Source: Lytechinus pictus | Taxonomy: Eukaryota | Assembly: GCF_037042905.1 (NCBI RefSeq) | Contig: NC_087245.1 | Location: 25,856,001-25,920,000 of the forward strand | Direction: 5' to 3' | Length of the DNA stretch: 64,000 nt | Made by a program: the position numbers and the translations under genes | The notes under the pieces: model-generated | The model's input: the letters and a program-made list of their open reading frames with translations, nothing else | What the model was told of the DNA's origin: nothing | The model's database searches: none | Shown here: in pieces, positions 1 through 13,558 of the stretch | Layout of the letters: every line of letters starts with the position of its first letter | Numbering within the stretch: position 1 is the first letter of the stretch

Positions 1-493
1 TTTAAAGTTTCGCTTATTTTCACAAAACAGTGATATGCACAACTCGGTGACATGCAAATGAGACAGTCAATGATGGCCCTCACTCACTTTTTCTTTTGTT
101 GTTTATTGTTTGAATTCTACAAAATTTCATTTTTACAGATTTGACAATAAGGACTAACTTGACTGAACCATATAGTATTAAACAATGCTAATTCCACATG
201 TTCATGGAGGAATTGATTGTTGTTTCACTTGACAATGAGGAGAAAATTAGGATATTTCATATTTCTTACAATGAAATACAAAAGAAATTGTAAGTGGATG
301 ACGTCATTAGTCTCCTCATTTGCATACCGACCAGGATGTGCATATATAACTTTGTGTAAGTTTTGTGAATTTAAGCACAATTTTAAAATGCCATAACTCT
401 CTTATTTTACATTCGATTTTGATGAAATTTTCAGCGTTGTGCTAGTTTGATTTTTCTCTAGTATTCAAATCAACTTTTTGTTGGATTTGTCCT
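1..493. mobile_element. Non-autonomous TTAA-flanked DNA transposon (Kolobok-type MITE family K1), left end outside window
   Basis: Body aligns by eye with the reverse complement of the complete copy at 12831-13422; ends ...ttggatttgtcct followed by TTAA (494-497). Confidence 0.8.
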
Positions 494-497
494 TTAA

Positions 498-1365
498 TCA
501 CTTTTAAGTCACAATATAAAACATAGCTCAATATGATAACATTGGGCATCCATGTAGACCTAACCGTATAATAAAAGTTATGACAGTCAAATAAATTTGA
601 CTTTTAAACAAAGTTTAGTGGAGTCTTTTCTGTCTGTTCTCGTGTCTGTTCCACTTTCTTATTAGATGAGCACGGCGCTACATTAAAAAAGTAGTTTCAC
701 GTCAAACGTCTGATAACACGTTGGATTTGAAAACACATGCGCACACATTCTAACACGCGATCAATTTGGTTAAAACGTAAACTTAATTGCCGGTTCAGTT
801 TTGCGGATCTGCTCAGGGGTACATAAGTCATCATTTAATTGTTAGGTCAAGATGGCATCAAATTCTGCAAAGAAAAGAAAGGTGGATGCTGAAAATCGTG
901 TTTTCCATGAAGAATGGACAGACAAGTATGCATTAATTTTACTGCAATCGAGCACAAGGCCAATGTGTTGGCCTATCTAATTTGACTTCAAAAAATTGAT
1001 AGGCCTACTCCAATACAATATCTGTCTCAATTCCAGGTATGTGTTAAAATTGACATAGGTACAATCTACATTCCTTTTAACAAAGAACTACAATTTTGTT
1101 GTCATTACTATTGACTCTCGCTGTATTTTGAAATCTTTTCTAATTTTGCCTGTGTTCCATATGAAACTGTTATAAATGTTGGATTAAATTCTCCCAAAAT
1201 AAGTGCCAGATTGCACCAGCATGAGAGAGCATCTAGGACCCCAGCCGGAAGGGTCTTCGCGCTTCGCGCACAAAATTTTTTTTCTAAGTATCCACTTCAC
1301 CCTGGCCCTTTCAGGTTATTTCTAGTCTCAGCTGGCCCTTCAAAGAAAAAGTTTGAGAACCCCTG
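498..1365 (+). mobile_element. Internally deleted hAT (Charlie/Buster/SPIN-like) transposon, right part
   Basis: Right end ...aaagtttgagaacccctg followed by tactagag (Charlie-type nTCTAGAn-like target); contains a transposase N-terminal remnant at 852-980. Left end not seen. Confidence 0.65.
852..980 (+). pseudogene. Truncated hAT transposase N-terminus (GTF2IRD2/EPM2AIP1/SPIN-like)
   Basis: Hand translation MASNSAKKRKVDAENRVFHEEWTDKYALILLQSSTRPMCWPI*; the KKRKVDxExRVFxEEWTxKY...PxC pattern is the start of the BED-finger region of Charlie/SPIN-type transposases. Confidence 0.7.
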
Positions 1366-1391
1366 TACTAGAGGTTCGCCGCCGGCTCAGG

Positions 1392-1622
1392 GGGCATGCA
1401 TGAAAACGGGTGTCGCGTGAGAGAATTTTGCACACGAAAAGCAGATCTATAGGGCCTGTATCACAAAGCTTTGCAATGAATGTAGAACAGTTCATTATGA
1501 TTGATTCCATTGATTATAATGTACAATTACTCGTGAGAATCGAATGTACGTTTAATCGTTAATTTTTGTGTTAGGAGACCCTAATGTTACCGTTCCTGAG
1601 GTTTGCGAAAGGTGGCTATTAT
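1392..1622 (+). repeat. Dispersed ~240-bp direct repeat, copy 1 (copy 2 at ~5737-5980)
   Basis: Shared gcatgcatg...cgggtgtcgcg...gaattttgcacacgaaaagcagatct...ttgcgaaaggtggc in both copies. Confidence 0.7.
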
Positions 1623-1798
1623 CTCTAATACACATTTGCTATCACCAGATTTGTTCATTCTTGTTTCATACCTATTTGATATGGCCTGATGTCTTTGTTC
1701 TTGCTACACAATCATCAGCTACCATCCGATCTCTCGGGTCTTGATGAGGAACTTTGCCATATCTATTTATCCTTGTTAAGAGACTTTTACTACCATTA

Positions 1799-1945
1799 GG
1801 GGCCCGTTGTAAAAAGAGTTGCAATCAATCGCAACTCTAAAAATCACGCGCAACCTGATTTTCAACCAATCAACAGCGCGCATTTGGGACTTGCGATTGA
1901 TTTTGGGGCTTTCGTTTAAACGCACCTCTTTCTGCAATGGGCCCA
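1799..1945. mobile_element. Short palindromic MITE (PIF/Harbinger-like termini)
   Basis: Imperfect TIRs gggcccgttgtaaaaagag / ctctttctgcaatgggccc. Confidence 0.55.
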
Positions 1946-3610
1946 GACATGCTGTATTTGAAAAGGGGTTACCAACTGTAATTCATATCTGTATGATTAC
2001 TTGAAATAATTATTCCTGATTATCATATGACGAAAATCGAACAACAAAATACAAACCATATTCTTAACTGAAAAAAAATTATTTGCATGATCAGTAGGCA
2101 GAAAACTTATTAGAGATTGATTATTTTGACATTTTAAAGTTTAGTTTTCAACTTCGTATAGAGCACATTGCTTACATCTACAATTACGATTTGTTTTGAC
2201 TATTTGCGTGTGTGGGAGAATAGGGAACAAAGTATGCATATACTGACGAGGCACTGCATTTTAATTGACAGCGAGAAAAGACAAACTGCATTAGTTTCCT
2301 TTTCCAAGGAATAGATGAAGGACTTTCGAGCGAAATACCGTAATTTAAATTCTAAAATCATCTTGGCTTATCGTATAGTCAATGAAATTCCATGTATTTG
2401 TTGTTTTGGTAATCATATTTGAATTACCATATAGATTGACTAGTGAATGTCGAAGTTCCACTGACTTTCGTTTGCATCGGAGACGATTATCATATTCAAG
2501 TGAAGCCTAATTCACTCTTAAAGATCCAAACCCTCTTCAACTCCTTGGCACAATTATATAGATTTTGAAAATATGATGTATACCCAAGATAGAAAATGAT
2601 TATATCGAGGAAGACTTTGATGAATATTTGTCCTTGCTCGTTTTATTTTCCCATACGCCTATATGTCAACATCATTCATATAAATTCATTCTTCGAACCC
2701 TCAACATGCTCAATGAAAATATTTCAGCATTTGGCATACTTTGTATTGCCACATTTGCTTCTCATTATCTCTCGCTTTGCCCTCATTGGTGCCAAATAAT
2801 GGAATATGTTGCGTCATACACGAGTTAAAACATTCATCTCTTTCTAATATATATTTTATTAAATTCGCCCTAGAATATAATTAAACCTCATAATCATGTA
2901 AACCAAAATAAATTCAGAAGAAACGTATAAGGCTGAAGGAAGAATTGACGAGTATAACAATGTGAGGTTTATTTGACATTTTGCTTTTTCTAACAGTATG
3001 GATATATCAAATTTACAATATCCAAATTTATTTTGAGAGATAAATGAAGTCCTTACTTCATTTGCCTGCCTTTTGTAAACATTCCGAATGTGGTTCAGAT
3101 GGTGCATGTTCGATAATATCAACGTATTTTAAGAACACCGATAAAGTCAATCTTCTTTCTTTGAAAACTGAAATTCAATTCATGGTTTCATTACAACTCT
3201 TAAACTCTTTACGGTTTGAAAAAATTACTCTGATGTCTCAAATTTTATTTTATTGCCTCTTAAAGGCTTAAACAATATGGGACTCTTTTCATAGCACTGT
3301 AGCTTAATAAGTGCATGCAGTGCTTTATGTGAAAATGAACACTGAAATTTATATTATTTCATAAACTGATCATCATTTCGATTTTAATTTTCCTTTTCAT
3401 CAATAAATACTTTATCAACAAAATGAGTACTGTAAAACTTTAGAACGTTCTCATTTCCAAAAAGTAGTGACACATGATGAATACAGAATAGACTATAGCA
3501 ATCTAATAAAATGGTGCTTATTAGGTATACGATACAGAAATTCTAGCAAATTTATAATTTCAATCTAACAGACTTGTAATTAATATATAAACGTATGTCT
3601 ACATTATAGT

Positions 3611-3926
3611 TTCCGTGTTTACACGTGCATCGGCTTTTGGTTCAGAACCAATAGCCAATGCAGAATCGGCTTTTGGTTTATCTTGCACTGCGTTTACACG
3701 CTGTCATAACTCGCGGTGCATGAATCGGCTCGCGTGACAAAATCCTGAAATGATCCGCGCACCAACAATATACGTCATAACAAAGACAACGCTGGATCCG
3801 TGCGCTTACACCGATTCTGCACCGAGAGCCGATGCAAGTTAATCGCGTTTACACGCAACAAAAAAGCCGATTCTGCATCTGCTCGCGGTTCTGAACCGCG
3901 AGCCGATGCAGCGTGTAAACGCGGTA
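3611..3926. mobile_element. Palindromic MITE (PIF/Harbinger-like)
   Basis: Termini ccgtgtttacacg / cgtgtaaacgcgg; long internal inverted arms tgcagaatcggctttt / aaaagccgattctgca; repeated gtttacacg motif. Confidence 0.65.
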
Positions 3927-4391
3927 TTTCTTACATACATGTCAGGATGCAACGATTACAAATCAGGGTAAAAGACATACTTCATTGGGGAATCGACCTA
4001 TCAAATATTTGTCGGTGACTCTTTTGTGTAATTTACGAATAAATTTCACGAAAATTATCATTAATCAGTTTTTCCCATGAATCTCTGCCACATAAAAGAA
4101 GCAAAACTTTTTTTTTTTTAAGTACGGGGACAGAAGCCTTTAAGTGATTTGCAAAAATAAAACGTGCATAAATTAGCACTATAAGTAATTTGTATGTCGC
4201 ACAGTGTTAATATTGTCGATTTCAAAATTGTCAAGTACAGTGTTATCAACTGTTTCGTAGTAGTACACAGCATTTAAATTGTTTCCTCAAATTAAACAAC
4301 AATGGTTTATTCCTGGGCAGCTTTGTCCTATTTATTACATCTCCCTAGGTCTGATTCTGAACCACGTTGTTCATCCATAAGTTTTATTTTA

Positions 4392-4826
4392 AGGTCAAGT
4401 TCACCCCAGAAAAAAATATTGATTTGAATAAATAGAGAAAAATCGAACTAGCATAATGCTGGATATTTCATCAAAATCGGATGTAAAATAAGAAAGTAGT
4501 GACATTCTCAAGTTTTGCTTAATTTTCACAAAACAGTGATATGCACAACTCATTGACATGCAAGTAAGACAGTCGATGATGTCCCCCACTCACTACTTTT
4601 TTTCTTTCTTTTTTTTATTATATAATATTTTTACAGATTTGACAATAAGGGCCAACTTGACTGAACCATATAGTATTACAATAATGCTAATTCCACATGT
4701 TCAGGGAGGAATTAATCTTTGCTTCATTCCAAAATGAGAATATGTCATATTTCATATAATAAAATACAAAAGAAATAGTGAGTGGATGAGGTCATCAGTC
4801 TCCTCATTTGCACACCGTCCGGGATG
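4392..4826. mobile_element. Kolobok-type MITE family K1, right-truncated copy
   Basis: Starts aggtcaagttcacccc...; aligns with the copy at 1-493 and with the reverse complement of 12831-13422; stops after gtctcctcatttgcacac. Confidence 0.75.
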
Positions 4827-5105
4827 CGAAATCCCCGACCTTTCGTTGGAAGAACGCGAACGCCTATTTACGACGTTAGTTGATTTTAGAAGAGACTTTT
4901 GGGCCCGTCGTCTGGGTCTTAAAACTCTGTCCTGCAATGCAAATTGTGTGACATGAGATTTTTTTTTAGTTTCGCATCTGGAACGGAAACATTCAATTTG
5001 CGTTTCGTGTGCAAATTCTGGTTGCTACTATGGTAACAGCGATATATCCGATTTAGGACGACTTTCCAAATCCACATTTGGTTCCTCCCAGAGCTCGAGA
5101 GGCCG

Positions 5106-5404
5106 CCCGGGGGCCCACTTTCATTGAAGAGTGGATACCAGGCCCAACAACGCATAAAAATGGAAAAAGTGGGTAAGTACGTTACGTATAGGCCTATGTA
5201 ACGTTATAAAGGTGTCAAAAACGATGATTAAAATACTGAAAAAAGGGATATATTTCCAATACTTGTAGGGTTTCACAAGCCAAATAATTGTTAAAAGATG
5301 CATTTTCATAATCTGGAAAAGACTTGCTTCACTTGTTTAGGGTACTTTTCGAAACCCCATTGTCGTGCCTGGTATCCACTCATCAATTGAAGTGGTCCCC
5401 CCGG
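5106..5404. mobile_element. ~300-bp MITE with ~35-bp TIRs, superfamily not assigned
   Basis: cccgggggcccactttcattgaagagtggataccagg ... cctggtatccactcatcaattgaagtggtccccccgg. Confidence 0.75.
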
Positions 5405-5736
5405 AATTTGAATCGTGTGCTAGAGGCGTATCGTTTGTGTAGAAGGAGTGAACAAAAGAAACAAAAGAAACCCGCATGCAAACGTATTGCATACGCTGTG
5501 TACATATGCGAAATGGGTTCGGCTAGAGATCTGACCCATGGAATCAATTGCCAGTCATCCACCAATAATCCACATTAAATGCAATATCGATTCGATGGAC
5601 TGTAATGATCTATATCTAAGCCTTAATTTAGTAAGTTTTTCCTCACTCGATTTGTTTGAAAAACCACTTTCTTATCCATGTCATATTCTATTTTAGGTCC
5701 TGCATTTCGAATATCTCCAGCCATCAGTCGTAATAC

Positions 5737-5980
5737 ATGCATGTATGGCGCGCGGGTGTCGCGGGAAAGAATTTTGCACACGAAAAGCAGATCTGTAGGG
5801 CCTGTAACCCCCCTGTAACACAAATCTTAGCATTGATTGTAGAGCAGTTTTCTACGTTTGATTCTATTGACTATAATGTACAATCAATCTTAAAATCAAG
5901 TGTATGATTAAGCGTCAACTTTTGTGTTAGGGGACCCTAATATTAGCGTCCGTGATGATTGCGAAAGGTGGCAATCATTT
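5737..5980 (+). repeat. Dispersed ~240-bp direct repeat, copy 2
   Basis: Aligns with 1392-1622. Confidence 0.7.
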
Positions 5981-8578
5981 TTCCCACCGCAGTTGTGGAC
6001 AACTACATGAATATTCATGACTTTCGTCTTCGGAATAAGACTACGCATGCCGTTACGGTTTGTGGCCGTTCGCGTTGCATGCCATGCCATGATCGAATCA
6101 GCACCTTCAAATTGCCGGTACCCTGTAGCCTAGGCCATAGGCCTTAGATCTATATCTAGATCCAATTCTTAAACACTTTATCAAATTGCCATTAATTACA
6201 GGACAAAATGTTAGGCTAGGCTAAATAACTACTATAGGCTAGGGCATTAATTTTATATCAATTCTGGACCTATCTTATGCCTGCTGACGAGCTCCATTCA
6301 ATGAAATTCAGGTGTTACCCATTTTTAAATAAAAAACTGTATGACACTCCGTAATTAAAAAAAATTGAATGCATTTACATAGGCCTACAGCTGGGGTAAA
6401 TATGTTTCACCTTTTTTAAATGCAGTAGAGTATAAGGCTCAAGCAAGGCTGAACACAATTAGATATCACTGTAGAAGTCGTAGAAGTATAAGAGTAATAG
6501 ACAAGTATGTAGAATCAGAAGTGATTGTAAAACATTATTGTACGTATGTATATACCGAGTGGAAAGATTTTAAATATAACTTCCTTCGAGAATAGAGACG
6601 CCTTTCACTCAGTATTACTTATGATCTTGTGTTATGATATAGCCCGGTTAATTTCCCTTTCTCTTTTCCCTCGCCAGTTTCTGTCCATTTTATTTCCTCT
6701 CTTGCAATTTCTAATATTAGACTGTTTGTTACAGCTTGTATCAAATCCTTTCTTCCAGCTTGTATCAAATCCTTTCTTCACCTAACCTTTATCAGGAGAC
6801 AAACAAGGAACACAAACGATGATCCGTACCATGTAAAAATATTGTAATAACCTCAGATCGTGTTGCTACTATAGTCATCCTGCTTGTAATAAATCACATT
6901 TCATATTCGATTTGTATCGATACCGTACGTGTCTGCAGAGACAATTCCACCTAGAAGCAATAAAAACAGGAAAACATCGAGAATTTATATCGTATTACTA
7001 TTTCTGTAATTTCTTTATTCCTTTCCAGGTTAGTTGAATAATTCAAGTTTCAGTTTCACTGTATCCTTTTCACTCGCTTACCCACATCCACTGCTACTCT
7101 GAATCGATGATCGATGATGATTGCAAGCAGGTCACCATGAGATTGGACTTCGATTTTACTCTTATTGGTAGTTCTGTACATATTTGGCCAACAAAAATAA
7201 TGAGTTATCCCCATATTCGATGATAACAAGCTCATCGCTATTTTATTCATTAGCTTGGTTTATAATCAGTTTTGACATCAGATAGTAGAACGATCGATGA
7301 TGCTGAACCTTTTAGGGGAAATTCCCATCTTATTTTCTGACCTCTTAATTGGTATAGAGTCTTTTTATGAAAAGAGTCGTTTTAAAATTAGATAAGCTCG
7401 TAGAGCAAAAGGGACACGAACTCCCTGTAGCCGATCTGAAGCTTTGATAAATGTTCAATAATGCGAATAACATTTGGTTATCATCTAACATTTCAATCTG
7501 TCAAAAGTGTAGTGGCCGATAGTGAGTTTTTTTGGTCGATGTTTTTTTTCATGAAAATTGGAATTTCGCATTTTCCCATTCGAATACTTATCGCAAATTT
7601 AGTGATTGCGCATCAGAAAGATACATTCACAAACTATATCCTAAAGGTAAGCATATTACATGTTTCAGAAACGGTTTTAAATCAAAATCAAAGGGAAAAT
7701 GACACAAGTATTATTATTTTCGACGGGATCCCGACCAAAATAAATCGCAAATATCCACTACAAGACACTCATTTTTCATATAATGTTAACCATAAGACCT
7801 TAAGAATAACCACATATTCATTTAAACTGAAATTATGGTTTTCTTTTTTAAAGGGATTACCAAATTATAAAAGAGGTTTTAATATCTTTCTGGAAGACTA
7901 AAAGTTTTTAACGATTCGATTGTTGTATGCACCAGTGATCAGTATTACAGATAAAAGTTAAGAAATTTGTCACATATTTAATAAAAATCAATCTTAATCT
8001 AAGAAAATCCTCAAAAAAGCTTTCTCTATTAGCTTTAGCCAGGCTTTAATGAGTATATTTCGATATACATTAGGCAAATATATCCGAGTCATGGTTTCGT
8101 TCCTTACCTACAAAAGACATATCGCTATATGAATACTTTTATACCACTATGGTCATTAGGACGATCTACAGAATATAAGAAGATTCTAAACCGCAAGAGC
8201 AATGTATTTAAAAGGAACGACCTGTGTTTGTTATAAAAATCATACATTTTATATTTCAATTTTATTCACAGAGAACAAGCTTTCGGTGTATACCGTTTTT
8301 TTATACTTTGATGAAGATATTTGTAATTTCCATTCAATTAATTATGGCGGTCAAACATTCAAATTAATACAATTGTTTTTTTTCAAACGTTTGTTTAAAA
8401 TCATTCCCTTAATCACTTTCAAACTTGGCAGACTACAAAATAATACTCCCTATCATAACCTTTCCGAATATAGTTCCTGAAAACATAATTTCTTATTATC
8501 AATAAATGCGATCGTAATATTTATATTTTGGACATAAATTATCTCGGAGCAAGGCGTTTTGTAGATCGCTGATTATCA

Positions 8579-9153
8579 TTTTTGTCTCGCCCAAAAGAGG
8601 TGAAGGCGAGACTATTTAAGGGATTCAAATGTCATCCGTCGGTCGTCCATCCGTCACAAACATTATGACAGCTAGATTTAAGTCACTTTTCAACCAAATT
8701 TAGATTGTGGATGTACTAAGGGGACCTGCATGTTAAGGTGCAGTCGCAGGTCACATGATTAGGTCAAAGGTCATTTTTTAGGTTAACGTTAAATTTACAT
8801 GCACGACTCTCTTATGACACATAACTCCGCAACCGAAAGTCACTTTTCACCCAAACTTGGGCTGTAGAGGAACCTAGGAGACCTAAATGTGATGCTGCAG
8901 TCGGAGGTCATATGGTAAGATCAAAGGTCATTTTCAGGTCAATGTTCAAGTTTACGTCCAAGGCTTTCTTATGACACAAAATTCCGCAACCGTAAATAAT
9001 TGTCACACCCAAACTTGGCATGTAGAGGTACTTAGGAGACGTGCATGTGAAGCTACAGTCTGAGGTCACATGGTAAGGTCAAAGGTGATTTACAGGTCAA
9101 CGTTAAAGTTTACATGCAGTACTCTCTTATGACAGATAACTCCGCAACCATAT
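8579..9153 (+). mobile_element. Helentron-associated (HINE/DINE-like) element, 5' part with ~157-bp tandem repeats
   Basis: 5' end ttttgtctcgcc...ggcgagac hairpin, ccgtc microsatellite-like tract, then ~3.5 units (cttatgacac...ccgcaacc near 8810, 8968, 9126). 3' end uncertain; it may extend across the 9792-11405 insertion to ~11605. Confidence 0.6.
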
Positions 9154-9791
9154 AATTATGAGATATGACATTAAAAAAACTCTAAATCGCAGTGTTTTTT
9201 CTTAAGTGATGTTTAATATCTACTTTGTATTTCAAGTGTTCAAATAAAAAACAAGCTCAAAGTTAGAACCACATGGCACCCAGAGCAATATTTCATATCC
9301 CAAATTTACTGTGTCATATATGTCATATCTACTTAAAACTATATTGATTGTCATTGATTATCATTCAAAACATGTAAAAATATTTACCAAAACATCCCCA
9401 TAATAATAAGCAAATTTCCTTATATTATTCTTGTATGAAGTATAAAGACTAACAACTGCTGTGAATAATATGATTTGTAATACACCTCCATGTAATGGGT
9501 GCCGGGCAACATTTTGCACTTGAAAGAATATTAAAAACTAGACATAAATACCCAATGCAAAGTGGCTGAGGGATCACAATGTTTTGTGTTTCTTCAATTT
9601 TATGCAGGCTTTTTATTGTTACTGTTACATTCAGTATTCAATTTCCATAACAGGTTTTACTCACTCTTCTTAACAAAACATAATCAATGTTCTCGTACTT
9701 TTCCCCTCTAATTACTAAGTTCATTATGACACTATATCATGTAATGCTCTCACAGCTAGACTACAACTACAAACACTTTTCACCTTCACAC

Positions 9792-11405
9792 CAGTGGCGT
9801 AACAGGCGGGGGGCAGGGGGGCAAGTTGCCCCCCTGGCGAATTTCACCGGGAAAATAAAAGAAAAACGGGAAAAAGAACAAAAGGAGGGGAAAAGAAAGG
9901 GCAAGGGGAAGGAAAGGTGAAAAGGAAAGGAGGAAAAGGAAAGGGAAAGGGAAAAGTGAAAAGAAAACGAAGAAAAAACTTTTTTTTTAATGGAAAAAGA
10001 AGGAAAGCGGGAAAATGTACGAAAGAAGAACATTTGAGAAAGAACAATTCATTCCGAAATAGGCCTATGTAATGCAATAGCACGGTGGGAAATAAATTAA
10101 AAGATGACAAAATTGCAAATAATAGCGGGAAACGAAAGTAGAATGTAATTAATCAAAAGCTAAATTGGAAAACAAAGAAAAGGGACAAGAAAAACAAAAT
10201 AATAACACGACCGGGCTGCCGATGATTGAAATTAAAGAGCGGGAAGAAAGATGGACTGCAAACAGCATTGTGCTATAAGCTTGCTAAATTTTATGCAAAT
10301 AATCTACCGGGGCTTTGCCCCAGACCCCACGCAGTAGGGGCTCTTCATTTATAACCTTCAAATGGCTCTATAACGCCCCCCGTTCAATCACTGACATACA
10401 GGCGCGGGGGAGGGGGTCTTGGTTCCACACCCTAGAGGAAATAATAGGAGACAACGTATAATGAAAATAATGGAAACAATGAAATGTGTTATTTGCTTAA
10501 TATAATGGAAAAATATAATTAATTATTAATCACATAATTATAATTTAATTTCAATAGGCATTTTTTTCCAGCTTGCTTTGCATGCTGGCAACTTTTATAA
10601 ATTTTTCCCACATTGCTATGTTTTGCCCCCTCAAAATATTTGGTTCATTGCGTAACTTGGTTGAATAAATTTGTTGTGTAAAAGCTATATTCTGTATATG
10701 CCCGCGATTTGATTAAAATAGCGGCAATCTGCGAGGTTTAAATGGCTTTGATATCAAGAAGTTCCGGGGGCTCCGCCCCGGACCCTAAACGCACAGCACT
10801 GCGTATGGAAGGGTTGAGCCATGGCCCCAAAAAGTTCTACAAACAAGAACAAAGATAAGAACAAAGAACAAGATAAGCAAAGGAAAAGTGTAGAATATGA
10901 TTTTATTTACTGAATATAATGTAAAAAAAAATAGCTCAAAGTTAGATTCTCATGAAAAGGTGATTTTTTTCTCGCTCGCTTCGCTCGCTCGGGACTTATA
11001 TAAAGCAGCTTTTTAGCACATGTGCTTTACTGTGCCCCTCGTTTTTTTTTTTTTTTTTTTTTTACTCTTCACGCTACTGCCGCAAAGAATCCTGTTCACA
11101 GTGGCGTACAGACCACGAAAAAGGAAATCTAAAGAGAAGAGTGAAATATATTATTTATTGGATATCATGTCAAAATCTATCACAAAAATTGATTTTTGTA
11201 TAAAAAAGGTCAAAATTTTTGCTCGCTCGCTTCGCTCGCTCGCAACTTTTTTTTTAAAGATGAATTCTGCCTGATACGCAATATCTGGCCTTCTCAAAAT
11301 AGTCGCCTCATTACACTATTACGCCTGTTCATACCATGATATGACCGGGAAATTTTTGGCTCTTGCCCCCCCCCCCCCTGGCCACCGACCCCTGTTACGC
11401 CGCTG
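9792..11405. mobile_element. Non-autonomous hAT-type element (1.6 kb)
   Basis: TIRs cagtggcgtaacagg / cctgttacgccgctg (14/15); perfect 8-bp TSD cttcacac at 9784-9791 and 11406-11413. Confidence 0.85.
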
Positions 11406-12132
11406 CTTCACACGTGTAAAATATCAAAGCTATAATGCATATCAAATGGGTGTGAGTAGATGCAGGGAAAGTACATGCAGGTGAAAATGCAGACATATTT
11501 TTTGAAAAGGCCCTTTCCATAGTTTTAACAAATGTTATTTCATCCCAGTTATTTCGCAATGAACCTTTGAGACAATTGAGACAACATCGCTTATGCCTTA
11601 TTGTTACTAAATTTCCATTCGTTTAGTGGCAAACAGATTAAATTCGAAATGAGTCGGAGTATAACACACCCTGGATCATTCGTCCATTTTTTGTAGCTAA
11701 GATGATGTGTCGATCTAAAAATATGGTATTATGTCATTAAGGGGCGATTGAAGAAATTATTCAATGATTGACAGAAGAAGGTTAAAATAGTCTCTTTCAC
11801 TTCACACCCACTCTCCTCCTCTCGCCACCCCGCCCTCTCTCCCCCTCTTTCTTTCTTTCTTTTTCTCTCTCTCCTCTATTCCAGGAAAGGAAGAGCGCTC
11901 AATAGTAATGTGTACTCGTTAGTTACATGCACCAGAGGTCTTCAAACACACTTAAAACGCTTTATTTTGATCGGTCAAATCTATACCCTAACCACTTATT
12001 TCAACACATTTAAACATTTCTTTGTATAACTCTAGAGCGATTAAAACCCCCACACAATTGATGATCCTTATCGAGGAATTCTTCATATGAAAAATATCGA
12101 AAATGTGAATTAAAATACCCAAAAATGTTTTG

Positions 12133-13541
12133 AAACAAGTGGAACGCTTCTGGCAGTTCTGGCAATAACAACAGTGCTGACTTTGAAAACAGCTATTGAA
12201 TAATTATTCACAAAAAAACACTGATATGATAATAATATACTATGTCCATTGACCCAACATGACCTTTTACCATAAACTTGTGACTTAAGACTTTAAAGTA
12301 GATCCATAAACTTTCTGATGTCAATTCAGCGAATACCCACAACACAGCCAAAGTTTATTGACCTTAAATGACCTTTGATCTTCGACATGTGACCTGAAAC
12401 ACACACAAGATATTCAGGGATACATGGTTACTCTTATGTCTGAGCTTCATGCAGTAGATCCATAAACAGTTAAAGTTATGATGACAATTCCACCAATTCC
12501 CCCAACATTATCAAAGTTTGTTGACCCTAAATGAATTTTGACCTTGATCATGTGACCTGAAACTCGCACAGGATATTAAGGGATACATTATTACCTTTAT
12601 GTGTATTAAAGTTTCATGAACTAGGTCTATATACTTTTTTAAGTTATGACATTTAAAAAACTTAACCTTGGTTAAGATTTCGATATTGATTCACCCAACA
12701 TGGTCTAAGTTCATTGGCCCTAAATGACATTTGACCTCGGTCATGTGACCTTAAACTCAGGTAGGATGTTTACTAATACTTTATTACTTTTATGTTCAAG
12801 TTTCATGAACTAGGTCCATATACTTTTTAAAGGACAAGTCCACCCCAACAAAAAGATGATTTGAACAAATAGAGAAAAATCCAAAATGCATAACACTGAA
12901 AATTTCATCAAAATCGGATGTAAAATAGGAAATTTATGACATTTAAAAGTTTTGCTAAATTTCACAAAACAAATGCTCATCCTGGTCGGTATGCAAATGA
13001 GGAGACTGATGACGTCACGCACTCACTGTTTCTTTTTTATTCTATTATATGAAATATGTTAGTTTTCTCCCCATTGGAAAGTGAAATAAGTTTTCTTCCT
13101 TCATGAACATGGGGAATTACAAATGTTCTAACATTTTATTGTTCAGTAAAACTGGTCCTTATTGTCAAATCTGTAAAAATGGAAATATTGTATAATTCAA
13201 ACAATAAAAAACAAAAGAAATAGTGAGTGAGGGACATCATCGACTCTCTCATTTGCTTGTTGCCAAGTTGTGCATATAACTGTTTTGTGAAAAATAAGCG
13301 AAAATTTCAAATGTCATAACTTTCCTATTTTACATCCGATTTTTATGAAATTTTCAACGTTATTCTTGTTTGATTTTTCTCTATTGATTCAAATCAACAT
13401 TTTTCTGGGGTGGACTTGACCTTTAAGTTATGATGACATTTCAAAAACTTAATCTTGGTAAAGATTTCAATAGTGACGACGCCACCGTCATCGGAAAAGC
13501 GGCGCCTATAGTCTCGCTCTGCTATGCAGGCGAGACAAAAA
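12133..13541 (-). mobile_element. Helentron-associated (HINE-like) element with internal tandem repeats, interrupted by a K1 MITE
   Basis: Terminal hairpin gtctcgctctgctatgcaggcgagac followed by an A-run; degenerate ~155-190-bp internal units (tttcatgaactaggtc, tgacctgaaac); related fragment at ~15195-15680. Confidence 0.6.
12831..13422. mobile_element. Complete Kolobok-type MITE family K1
   Basis: TTAA at 12827-12830 and 13423-13426; TIRs aggacaagtccacccc / ggggtggacttgacct; removing it restores the host repeat unit tatactttttaagttatga seen intact at ~12630. Confidence 0.85.
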
Positions 13542-13558
13542 CCCCAAATCATACCTTT

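Noticed and set aside
6852..6950. Minus-strand exon-like segment with a good acceptor
   Set aside because: Stops in all three frames and no partner exons.
7461..7901. 146-aa ORF
   Set aside because: AT-rich, no motif or splice support; consistent with chance.
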